Assembly (NCBI GenBank): GCA_049516875.1
Contig: JBEKSS010000007.1
Coordinates: forward strand, 32,001 to 96,000
Reading direction: 5' to 3'
Length of the DNA stretch: 64,000 bases
Source of the DNA: Candidatus Bathyarchaeia archaeon
GTDB lineage: Archaea; Thermoproteota; Bathyarchaeia; Bathyarchaeales; Bathycorpusculaceae
The notes under the pieces are model-generated. The model was given only the letters and a program-made list of their open reading frames with translations, searched no databases and was not told the origin of the DNA. The translations under genes were made by a program, and so were the position numbers. Of this stretch, positions 9,324 through 18,316 are shown in pieces. How positions within the stretch are numbered: position 1 is the stretch's first letter; every line of letters starts with the position of its first letter.

Positions 9324-10106
9324 CTGAAGATTTCAGTCGCTGGCAAGGGAGGTGTTGGAAAGACTCTGCTGGCTGCCGGTCTGGCTTTCTCCTTTGTCAG
9401 AAGAGGATTGAGTAGTATAGCGATTGATGCTGATCCTTCGCCGAACCTTGCTTTGACACTGGGGTTGTCTTCAGAGGAAGCGCGCAAAATCGTGCCTCTT
9501 TCAGAAAACAAGAGCTTGATTGAGTCCAAGACGAGCACGGAGTATTCAGGCATTTTCCGCCTGTCCTTCAGCGTGGACGATGTTGTACGCGACTTCTCAG
9601 TGAAGACCCCTTTCGGCGTGAACTTGATCGTGATGGGAACCGTGCAGTCGATGGGTTCAGGATGCACCTGCCCAGCAAACGCGCTCATCCGAGCACTGAT
9701 GCGTCACTTGATAGTGGAAAGGGACGAAGCTGTCATCCTAGACATGGAGGCAGGCTGCGAGCACATGGGCCGAGGAACAGCGCGACAAGTAGATTATATG
9801 CTCATAGTGACAGATGCAAACAGCAAATCCTTAGAAGTCGCCAATCACATTCACGCATTAGCCGCAGGAGCTGGAATGAAACAGGTCTTCCTAGTCGAAA
9901 ACAAGGTGGCGAATGAAAATCAAAAAGCCGTCATCGAAAAGTTCGCTCAAGAAAACGGTTTAAAGGTTCTAGACTCCATCCCATTCGACGAGACGGTTGT
10001 GGAGGCGGAAATGCGAGGCGAAACCCCGCTCAAGAACGAGTCTTCGAAAGCATTGGTCGCCATAGAAAAACTCTGCGAGAAACTCATGGCAAAGAACAAC
10101 CCATAA
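9324..10106 (+). CDS. cooC: CODH nickel-insertion ATPase CooC
   Basis: From CTG 9324: KISVAGKGGVGKT, IDADP, GCTC, DMEAGCEHMGRG. Confidence 0.92.
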   Translation: MKISVAGKGGVGKTLLAAGLAFSFVRRGLSSIAIDADPSPNLALTLGLSSEEARKIVPLSENKSLIESKTSTEYSGIFRLSFSVDDVVRDFSVKTPFGVNLIVMGTVQSMGSGCTCPANALIRALMRHLIVERDEAVILDMEAGCEHMGRGTARQVDYMLIVTDANSKSLEVANHIHALAAGAGMKQVFLVENKVANENQKAVIEKFAQENGLKVLDSIPFDETVVEAEMRGETPLKNESSKALVAIEKLCEKLMAKNNP

Positions 10107-10149
10107 ATCTGAAAGGACACTCGTGTGTGCAGAGGAGAGCAGGAAAGAT

Positions 10150-10920
10150 TTGAAGACGCTTGTCACCATTGGCCGTGGAGGGACGGGAAAAACAAGTTTT
10201 GTAGCTATGACGGCCAAGTACTTCAGCGAGGCTGGAGAAGCGCCTCTATTGTTGGTGGACGCTGACCCTGATCAGAATTTGGGTGAAATGGTCGGGGTAG
10301 ACCTGAAAGAAGTGGGGAAGAAGAGTATCTCGGACTTGCTCGTGGAGACTTTTTTGGAAGAGGGCGGGACCACAGTTGGCGTCGCGCCTACTGAGCGGAT
10401 TGGAAACAAGATATGGGCCCGGGGCATGTACGAAGGTGACAGTTTCGACTTCATCGCCCTTGGCACAAAATGGGTCGAGGGATGCTACTGCTTGCCGAAC
10501 GCGGCTCTGAAAGGGGCACTGGAATCCCTGACGAAGAACTACCGGTACGTGCTCATCGATTCACCAGCGGGCCTAGAGCATCTGAACCGAAGAATCGCCA
10601 CAAGAGTTAACGATGTCTTCGACGTAATAGACCCCTCCAAAAAATCCATCGACCACGTCGAACGGGCTTATCGTGTGGCCAAAGAGGTCAAGATAGACTT
10701 CGAAAACTTCTACGTTGTCGGCGGCTACAGGCTGCCGGAAAACCTGCGAAGCCACGTTGAGAACGCTTTGAAGTTCAAGTACTTGGGCAAGATAACCCGC
10801 GACGAAAAAGTCGAGGAGTACGTTCTTGCAGGAAAATCCCTGCTCGACCTGCCCTCAGACTCTCCAGCGTTCGTTTCCGTAAAGGAAATAATGAGATCAG
10901 CCGGCTACATCAACCGTTGA
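10150..10920 (+). CDS. cooC: Second CooC/AcsF-like ATPase
   Basis: GRGGTGKT, VDADP, EGCYC, DSPAGLEHLNR; directly upstream of cdhA. Confidence 0.85.
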   Translation: MKTLVTIGRGGTGKTSFVAMTAKYFSEAGEAPLLLVDADPDQNLGEMVGVDLKEVGKKSISDLLVETFLEEGGTTVGVAPTERIGNKIWARGMYEGDSFDFIALGTKWVEGCYCLPNAALKGALESLTKNYRYVLIDSPAGLEHLNRRIATRVNDVFDVIDPSKKSIDHVERAYRVAKEVKIDFENFYVVGGYRLPENLRSHVENALKFKYLGKITRDEKVEEYVLAGKSLLDLPSDSPAFVSVKEIMRSAGYINR

Positions 10921-10987
10921 TCACTATCGGCTTTAGAACCTGGATACATCGCATTCTATGAAAGAAGGTCGGTCGCTGGGGCCGAAT

Positions 10988-11030
10988 TTGAAATGATAAA
11001 ACGGCAGCATTTCAAGACAAACTTAAAATA
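10988..11030 (+). promoter_or_regulatory. Putative operator and BRE/TATA of the cdh operon
   Basis: Perfect inverted repeat TTGAAATG-N12-CATTTCAA (10988-11015) abutting ACAAACTTAAAATA, ~50 nt before cdhA. Confidence 0.5.
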
Positions 11031-11079
11031 ATTCTGCGACTATGTTACAACCTCTGAAAATCTCCAGGTTGGTTTCTAA

Positions 11080-13428
11080 TTGAGCAGAAAAGGTGTTAAA
11101 GTAAAGATTGGAGAATTGAAGACCGACGTTGGGGTTATCAAGAATCTTGAGCTTTCTGTGGGCAAGGTTGTTGACGAATCATGGGCTGAGCCGATGGGGC
11201 CAACGCCCTTTCCTTCCATGACCGCCCTCAGAGAGTGGGACAAGAAGCTCCTTCAACGTTACAAACCGTTTTACATGCCCTTCTGCGACGTTTGCTGCCT
11301 CTGCACATACGGAAAATGTGACTTAACGGGAAACAAGCGTGGGGCATGCGGAATAGACATGTCTGCGCAGCAGTCGAGAACAGTCCTTCTGGCTTGCTGC
11401 ATAGGAGCGTCGACGCACATCGGTCACGCTCGTCATCTGGTTGAACACTTGATCAAGAAATTCGGGCGCAGGAAGACCCTCAACGTGGGCGGCCTGAACG
11501 TCAAAGTTGAGGCCCCAATCATACGGCTTGTCTGCGGAACAAAGCCCCAGACACTTGGTGACTTGGAGGAGGTATTGGACTACGCTGAAACCCAGCTTAC
11601 GAATTTGCTCGCGGTCACGCACACGGGTATGGAGGGAAACAGCACCGATTTTGAATCAAAGGTTCTCCACACCGGTATGATAGACCACGTCGGGATGGAG
11701 GTCGCGGACATCGCTCAGGTTGCAACCTACGGCTTTCCAAAGGCTGACCCTGATTCTCCTCTTGTCGATTTGGGGTTCGGAACCATAAAACCAGAGAAAC
11801 CCGCTATCCTTGTCATAGGCCACAACGTTGTTCCATCCGTCGGAATAATAGACTACATGAAGGAAAGCGGGGCAGACGGCGAAATCGAGGTGTGCGGCCT
11901 CTGCTGCACGGCACACGACATCACAAGGTATCACAAAAAAGCCAAGATTGTGGGTCCGATTTCATGGCAGCTTCGCTTCATAAGAAGCGGTGTTCCAGAC
12001 GTTGTCGTGTTAGATGAGCAGTGCATCAGAACAGACGCCTTAAACGAGGCTCAAAACATCAAAGCTCCTGTCATCGTAGCTTCTGAGAAGAACTGCATGG
12101 GCTTGCCAGATCGTACTAATGACCCTGCAGACTCGATTGTCGAAGATCTCGTAAGTGGAAAGACGCCTGGCGTACTGATTCTTGATCCGGAAAAAGTCGG
12201 AGAAGTCGCAGTTAAAACAGCGTTGAAAGTCGCGCCTATGCGGAAAAAGTTCAAGACAATTCCAGAGGCTGAAGAACTTGTCCGAAGGGCGAAAGAGTGC
12301 AAGCAATGCAGCGACTGTAGAAGAGCCTGCCCACAGGACCTTGACATTCCCGAGGCCGTGAAGGCTGCTGGCAAGGGAAACTTGGCGGAGCTGGCAGACC
12401 TGTACGAACTGTGCGTTGGGTGTGGGCGTTGCGAACAGGCATGCCCAGTCGGGCTGCAAATCCACAGTTTCATCGTGAAGGCTGGAGAAAAGAAGCTGAG
12501 AGAGGAAACCTACAAGATCCGGGCTGGGAGGGGAGCCATACAGGACGTTGAAATAAGGAATGTAGGGAGCCCTATCGTGCTCGGTGAGATTCCGGGCGTT
12601 GTCGCTTTCGTGGGCTGCGCAAACTATCCCAAGGGCGGAGCGGAAGTGGCAGAAATGGTGACCGAGTTTGCTAACAGGCGCTACATAGTTGTGACTTCCG
12701 GATGCTCCGCTATGTCTGCTGCCATGCACAAGAATGAGGAGGGTAAAACTCCTTACGAAACCTTCACGGGCGAATTTGCTGCAGGCGGAGTTGTCAACGT
12801 CGGCTCATGCGTGGCGAATTCGCACATCGCCGGTGCTGCAATAAAAATTGCCAGCATATTTGCGAAACGCAATCTGAGAGGCAACTATGAGGAAATTGCT
12901 GACTACATATTGAACCGTGTCGGTGCGGTCGGAGTGGCATGGGGAGCCATGTCCCAGAAGGCGGCAGCAATCGCAAGCGGCTTCTGGAGGCTCGGAATAC
13001 CTGTGGTAGTGGGTCCACACGGAACAAAGTATCGCCGCATGCTGCTCGGAAGAGCTGACCGCGAAGAGGACTGGTACGTTTGTGACGCGCGAACCGGAGA
13101 GAAAGTGTACGTCGGGCCTACGCCCGAACATCTGTTCTGCGCCGTTGAGACGAAGGAAGAAGCAATGGTCATGATTGCCAAGCTTTGTATGAGGCCTAAT
13201 GACACGTCGAAGGGCCGAGCTATAAAGCTCACACATTACATCGACTTGCACAAGAGACTGTTTGGAACCATGCCTGAAGACATTCCTCCGTTCGTCCGCA
13301 ACGTTGCCGACATACCAGTCACGATGAAAGACGAAATCATGAAGATTCTGCAGGACAAGAAGTGGAAGGAAACAGTCATCCCCGACCCAACTCTCTTGCC
13401 CAGAATGATCAGAAAGAGGAAGGAGTGA
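11080..13428 (+). CDS. cdhA: CODH/ACS complex alpha subunit
   Basis: CDVCCLCTYGKC, IGHN, LCCTAHD, two ferredoxin motifs, GSCVANSH, WGAMSQK. Confidence 0.97.
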   Translation: MSRKGVKVKIGELKTDVGVIKNLELSVGKVVDESWAEPMGPTPFPSMTALREWDKKLLQRYKPFYMPFCDVCCLCTYGKCDLTGNKRGACGIDMSAQQSRTVLLACCIGASTHIGHARHLVEHLIKKFGRRKTLNVGGLNVKVEAPIIRLVCGTKPQTLGDLEEVLDYAETQLTNLLAVTHTGMEGNSTDFESKVLHTGMIDHVGMEVADIAQVATYGFPKADPDSPLVDLGFGTIKPEKPAILVIGHNVVPSVGIIDYMKESGADGEIEVCGLCCTAHDITRYHKKAKIVGPISWQLRFIRSGVPDVVVLDEQCIRTDALNEAQNIKAPVIVASEKNCMGLPDRTNDPADSIVEDLVSGKTPGVLILDPEKVGEVAVKTALKVAPMRKKFKTIPEAEELVRRAKECKQCSDCRRACPQDLDIPEAVKAAGKGNLAELADLYELCVGCGRCEQACPVGLQIHSFIVKAGEKKLREETYKIRAGRGAIQDVEIRNVGSPIVLGEIPGVVAFVGCANYPKGGAEVAEMVTEFANRRYIVVTSGCSAMSAAMHKNEEGKTPYETFTGEFAAGGVVNVGSCVANSHIAGAAIKIASIFAKRNLRGNYEEIADYILNRVGAVGVAWGAMSQKAAAIASGFWRLGIPVVVGPHGTKYRRMLLGRADREEDWYVCDARTGEKVYVGPTPEHLFCAVETKEEAMVMIAKLCMRPNDTSKGRAIKLTHYIDLHKRLFGTMPEDIPPFVRNVADIPVTMKDEIMKILQDKKWKETVIPDPTLLPRMIRKRKE

Positions 13429-13433
13429 GAGTC

Positions 13434-13979
13434 ATGGCAGCGGAGCCTTGGCAAACAGCCGAAGTCTCAGGTCCGAAAAAAGCCTCTGTGATAACAAAGC
13501 CTGAAGTCGTCGTTGCGATGATCAAAAAGGCCAAGCATCCAATACTTGTAGTCGGCCACAAAGCCGCGGAAACCGATCTTGAAGACAGGAAGTTGATTGA
13601 CTTCATCGTTGATTTTGTCCAGAAGACGAAGATTCCTGTTGTCGCTACAGCCCACACGGTTAGCGAGTTCTTGAAGAGGTCGTATCGGCCTGCAGGTTGG
13701 ATGCCTGCAGTGGACATCGGAAACAGGCTTGCAGACTCAGAGTGGAGAGGAATTGACGGTAAAGGCCCACACGACTTGGCCTTGTTCGTCGGTCTACCCT
13801 ATTATATGGAGCTAACCATTCTTTCCGGACTCAAACATTACGCACCGCAACTCAAAACGGTGACGTTGGACAACGTTTATCACTCTCACGCAAGCTGGTC
13901 TTTCCCAAACATCTCCACAAAGGACTGGGTAGAAAACCTCAAGGTCATAATTGACAAATCTGAAGCAGGAGGCAAATAG
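13434..13979 (+). CDS. cdhB: CODH/ACS complex epsilon subunit
   Basis: AEPWQTAE, KKAKHPILVVG, ILSGLKH, ASWSFPN; SD GGAGTGA before ATG 13434. Confidence 0.95.
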   Translation: MAAEPWQTAEVSGPKKASVITKPEVVVAMIKKAKHPILVVGHKAAETDLEDRKLIDFIVDFVQKTKIPVVATAHTVSEFLKRSYRPAGWMPAVDIGNRLADSEWRGIDGKGPHDLALFVGLPYYMELTILSGLKHYAPQLKTVTLDNVYHSHASWSFPNISTKDWVENLKVIIDKSEAGGK

Positions 13980-13983
13980 AGAA

Positions 13984-15393
13984 ATGTCGATGTTCAAGGA
14001 CATCCCCGTAGACGTGGGCGTAATCTACGAGGGAGAAAGAATCCGAAGAAAAGACATGTTCGTAGAACTCGGAGGGCCAGATGTTAAAGAAAAGTTTGAA
14101 CTGGCACGAGTGAAGGGGCCGGAGGAAATCGAAGACGGAAAAGTGACAATCATAGGGCCAGACTTGAAGGACATGCAAGAGGGACAGGCGTATCCATTCG
14201 GCATCCTCATCGAGGTTGCAGGCGCCAAACTCGACCCAGAACTCGAGGGAGTGATAGAAAGACGCATACATGCCTTCAGCAACTTCATCGAGGGCTTCAT
14301 GCACCTCAACCAACGCTACGACATTTGGCTCAGGCTGAGCAAGAAATCCTTCCAGAAAGGGCTAAACTCCTTCGAGTACATAGGAAAAGTTCTGCACCGA
14401 CTCTTCAAGAGCGAGCTGCCGATAATCGAGAAAATGCAGGTGACCTTCTTCACCGACCCAGAAAGGGTGAAAGAACTGTACGGGGAGGCCTTGCAGATTT
14501 ATGAAGCCAGAGACGCCAGAGCCAGAGGGCTAAAGGATGAAGAGGTTGACAAGTTTTACGGCTGCGTTCTGTGCCAATCGTTTGCTCCGACCCACGTGTG
14601 CGTCATCACGCCTCAGCGATACTCCAACTGCGGAGCCATAAGCTGGTTCGATGGGAAAGCGGCGGCAAGCATAGACCCGAAGGGGCCGATCTTCACGATC
14701 GAAAGGGGAGAGCAGCTGGACGCTGAGAAGGGAGAGTATTCAGGAGCGAACGAAGCTGTCAAGAAAAAGTCCTTGGGAGAAATCACGAGAGTCCAGCTTT
14801 ACACCGCTTTTGGTTACCCACACACTTCATGCGGCTGTTTTGAAGGCGTAGCCTTCTACATTCCCGAGGCCGACGGATTAGGCATCGTCCACAGAGGCTA
14901 CAAAGACGTAACCGTGAACGGTCTCGCGTTCTCAACGTTGGCCGACTCGACAGCAGGCGGCCGTCAAGTGGACGGTTTCCACGGACTGTCAATCGAGTAC
15001 ATGCGCTCTTCAAAGTTCCTGCAGGCTGACGGCGGCTGGAACAGGGTGGTGTGGATGCCCAAAGAAGTGAAAGAGAGAGTAAAGGACTTTATTCCGCCTG
15101 AGCTTGTTGACAAGATTGCCACTGAAGAGAACGCGAAGACCATTGACGAGTTGAAGGTTTTTCTGAAAGAGCGCAGCCACCCAGTTGTTGCAAGCTGGAA
15201 GGAAGAAGCGGCAGCAGTCGCAGAGGCTGCACCAGAAGAAGCGAGGGAGGGAGCTCAGTTAGTGCCAACCGTCACGGCGGCGACGCTGCCCATAACCGCG
15301 GGCGGCTTCAAGATAATCTTGAAGGACGCGAAAATCTACGCGAAGAAAGTGATTATCCGCCAACTTAGAAACGAAAAATCGGAGAATAGGTGA
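13984..15393 (+). CDS. cdhC: Acetyl-CoA synthase beta subunit
   Basis: CVLCQSFAPTHVC, NCGAISW, HTSCGCFE A-cluster ligands. Confidence 0.97.
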   Translation: MSMFKDIPVDVGVIYEGERIRRKDMFVELGGPDVKEKFELARVKGPEEIEDGKVTIIGPDLKDMQEGQAYPFGILIEVAGAKLDPELEGVIERRIHAFSNFIEGFMHLNQRYDIWLRLSKKSFQKGLNSFEYIGKVLHRLFKSELPIIEKMQVTFFTDPERVKELYGEALQIYEARDARARGLKDEEVDKFYGCVLCQSFAPTHVCVITPQRYSNCGAISWFDGKAAASIDPKGPIFTIERGEQLDAEKGEYSGANEAVKKKSLGEITRVQLYTAFGYPHTSCGCFEGVAFYIPEADGLGIVHRGYKDVTVNGLAFSTLADSTAGGRQVDGFHGLSIEYMRSSKFLQADGGWNRVVWMPKEVKERVKDFIPPELVDKIATEENAKTIDELKVFLKERSHPVVASWKEEAAAVAEAAPEEAREGAQLVPTVTAATLPITAGGFKIILKDAKIYAKKVIIRQLRNEKSENR

Positions 15394-15399
15394 AAAGGT

Positions 15400-16626
15400 T
15401 TGCCAGAAAAGGAGAAAGAGAAAGAAGAGAACCCTCTTGGACTGAAGTTCAGCTCACGTTTAACAGAGCTGCTTGCAAAACTTCAAGAAATAGAACTTGA
15501 AGACTTCGAAATGGACGTGGGCGATTTAGAAATCTCGATTCAACCGGGCGCAGTTGCTTCGCCCGTAATATCGCAACCCAAGATTGCCCCACCGACAAAG
15601 ATTAAGCCCCAGGTCATCATACAGACAGAGTTTATTCCACCCATCAAAACCTATCCCGGCCAAGTTGTTGAAGTTACGCTTGGAGCGACGAAAAAAGACG
15701 GTGGAACCCGCGGAAAAACTGTGGTCATCGGCGGCGAGACGACACCGGCCTTCTACACGTTTGAAAAACCCACGTTGCACCCTCCCGTCATAGCGTTAGA
15801 CGTTTTCGACATGGAAGTTCCCCTTCCAAAGGCTGTCAAGATGCACGTGAAAGAAGTCTTGGGTGATCCTGCGGCTTGGGCCAAGCTTGCAGTCGAAAAG
15901 TTCGGAGCTGACCTACTGACAATACATTTGATAAGCATTGACCCCATGCTAAAGAACGCTTCGCCGAAAGAGGCGGTCAAGACCGTTGAGAGGGTCGTTC
16001 AGGCTGTGGACGTGCCTCTTGTGATTGGCGGATGTGGAGATTCAGTTAAGGACGCAGACGTTTTCGCAGAAATCGCTGAAACTTTTGCCGGTGAAAGGTT
16101 TCTCATCAGCTCGGTGACGAGGGACATGGATGTTGAACGCTGCGCAAAGTTCATCAAGAAAAATGGGCACGTGGCGTTGTCCTTCACCCCGATGGATTTG
16201 AACCTGGCCAGAGAGCTCAATCGTCGACTATATGACTTCCTCCCCAAAGAGGACATCGTCATGGATTTAACGACCGCGGCACTCGGATACGGACTGGACT
16301 ATGCGTTCACCAACATGGAAAGGGCCCGACTCGGCGCGCTGATGGGCGACCCTGAACTAGCGCATCCAATGTCTTCAGGAACTACGAACGCTTGGGCGGC
16401 AAGGGAAGCTTGGCTGAAAATGGCCCCGGAATGGGAACCCCGCGAGCTGCGAGGCCCACTTTGGGAAGTGACGACCGCTTTGACGCTTCTGCTTGCTGGT
16501 GTCGACTTGTTTATGATGATGCACCCGGCTGCAGTGAAAACTCTTAAGGACATAACAAGGCAACTGGGAAGCGACAGTTCAGGCAACGCTGACAAACTTG
16601 TCGAATGGGTTTCAGCCAAAACTTAG
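15400..16626 (+). CDS. cdhD: CODH/ACS delta subunit (corrinoid FeS protein small subunit)
   Basis: VEVTLGAT, IGGE, ALGYGLDYAFTNMERARL, AWAAREAW, MMHP. Confidence 0.96.
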   Translation: MPEKEKEKEENPLGLKFSSRLTELLAKLQEIELEDFEMDVGDLEISIQPGAVASPVISQPKIAPPTKIKPQVIIQTEFIPPIKTYPGQVVEVTLGATKKDGGTRGKTVVIGGETTPAFYTFEKPTLHPPVIALDVFDMEVPLPKAVKMHVKEVLGDPAAWAKLAVEKFGADLLTIHLISIDPMLKNASPKEAVKTVERVVQAVDVPLVIGGCGDSVKDADVFAEIAETFAGERFLISSVTRDMDVERCAKFIKKNGHVALSFTPMDLNLARELNRRLYDFLPKEDIVMDLTTAALGYGLDYAFTNMERARLGALMGDPELAHPMSSGTTNAWAAREAWLKMAPEWEPRELRGPLWEVTTALTLLLAGVDLFMMMHPAAVKTLKDITRQLGSDSSGNADKLVEWVSAKT

Positions 16627-16644
16627 ACTTGAGGGTGGGCGCTT

Positions 16645-18084
16645 ATGAGTGAAAGAGAAGGCAAAGGAAGAATTGGCATAAAGGAACTAAGCCCGATAGA
16701 CGTTTACAAGCTTCTTCCAAAGACGAACTGCAAAGAATGCGGAGAAGAAAACTGCTTAGCGTTTGCAACGAAGCTGGTCAACCGAGAAGTAACGTTAGAG
16801 AAATGCAAACCGCTGCTTGCCAAAATGCAGGAGAAAGCCTACAAACAACTGAAAGAAATGCTGAAACCAGCCATAAAAGAAGTTGCAGTAGGCGTAGGCG
16901 ACAAAGCTGTAAAGATCGGCGGAAAACTCGTCATGTACCGACACGAGTTCACCTACACCAACCCAACCGCAATTGCCATCGATGTCACCGATGAAATGCC
17001 TGAAGAAATGATCCTGGACCGAGTGAAGCGGACTGAAGGCTTCAACTTCGAGTACATAGGACAAGTGCTGAGGCTCAACATGGTTGCCGTTCGCTCCACT
17101 TCAAACGACCCTGACAAGTTCGCGGCCGCCGTCAGAAAAGTAGCGGAAAACACAGACCTGCCCCTGATTTTATGCTCGTTGGACCCGAATGTTCTGGAAG
17201 CAGGAGTAATGGCCATTCCTAAATCTAGACCGCTCTTGTACGCGGCTACGAAAGACAACTGGAAAGAAATGGCAGAGCTTGCCTTGATGTACAATTGCCC
17301 TCTTGCAGTTTTTGCGCCAAACGATCTGAAAATGCTTCTCTCCTTGACCCGAACCTTGCTTGAATATGGCGTCGAAGACCTAGTGCTGGATCCAGGCACC
17401 TTCCCAAGCGACGGCTTGGCAGACATGCTTAACAACTTCACGATGATACGCAGAGCTGCATGCGAGAAGGGAGAAGAACTCTGCGGTTTTCCACTCATAG
17501 GCGTACCGATGGTCACGTGGACGGAGAGAGGCGAAGCAGTGGACGAAATTGTGAAGTGGAGAGAAGCCTACTTGGCGTCAATGCTCATCGTCCGCTTCGC
17601 AGACATCATCATCGTGCACAGTGTTGACGGCTGGTCACTTCTTCCAAACGTTATACTGCGACAAAACATTTACACCGACCCAAGAAAGCCCGTGGCCGTT
17701 GAGTCCGGTCTGAAGTCGTTCGGCACTCCTGAAGAGAATTCGCCGGTGATGTTCACTACAAACTTTGCACTCACATACTACACAGTCGCCTCGGACATCG
17801 AATCAGCGAAGATAAACGCATACCTGCTTGTTGTAGACACAGAAGGAACGGCCGTGGACAGTGCCGTTGCAGGGAGAAAGCTGACCGCAGAAAAAATCGC
17901 CGATGCAATAAAGGCTTCAGGTATCGAAAACAAGGTCAAGCACAAGAAACTCATAATTCCAGGAAAATCTGCGCGCCTCAGCGGCGAAATTGAGGAGCTC
18001 AGCGGCTGGCAAGTCTTGGTTGGCCCCAGAGACTCTTCAGAGATTCCCAAATTCCTGCAGGAAAAATGGCAAAACCAGTCGTGA
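16645..18084 (+). CDS. cdhE: CODH/ACS gamma subunit (corrinoid FeS protein large subunit)
   Basis: LPKTNCKECGEENCLAFA, RQNIYTDPRKP, TTNFALTY, GPRDSS. Confidence 0.97.
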   Translation: MSEREGKGRIGIKELSPIDVYKLLPKTNCKECGEENCLAFATKLVNREVTLEKCKPLLAKMQEKAYKQLKEMLKPAIKEVAVGVGDKAVKIGGKLVMYRHEFTYTNPTAIAIDVTDEMPEEMILDRVKRTEGFNFEYIGQVLRLNMVAVRSTSNDPDKFAAAVRKVAENTDLPLILCSLDPNVLEAGVMAIPKSRPLLYAATKDNWKEMAELALMYNCPLAVFAPNDLKMLLSLTRTLLEYGVEDLVLDPGTFPSDGLADMLNNFTMIRRAACEKGEELCGFPLIGVPMVTWTERGEAVDEIVKWREAYLASMLIVRFADIIIVHSVDGWSLLPNVILRQNIYTDPRKPVAVESGLKSFGTPEENSPVMFTTNFALTYYTVASDIESAKINAYLLVVDTEGTAVDSAVAGRKLTAEKIADAIKASGIENKVKHKKLIIPGKSARLSGEIEELSGWQVLVGPRDSSEIPKFLQEKWQNQS

Positions 18085-18316
18085 CTTCATCAATCAGCCA
18101 CAGTTGTCATAGTATTGACGTGGGCGATGAGAATCGCGGCTGTCCCGCGCCAGCATTGCCTGTCACTGGAGGACAAAACAATGGAAAATGCTGTTTTTCT
18201 AGGAAGCACAACCGAGGAGATATTGGTATTTGAAAAGGAAGATAATGTCAGACAGACAAGTTACTTATATGGTTGAGTGAGAAATTGTGTCTCTGAGAAT
18301 AAGGAGGATGTGTGAA

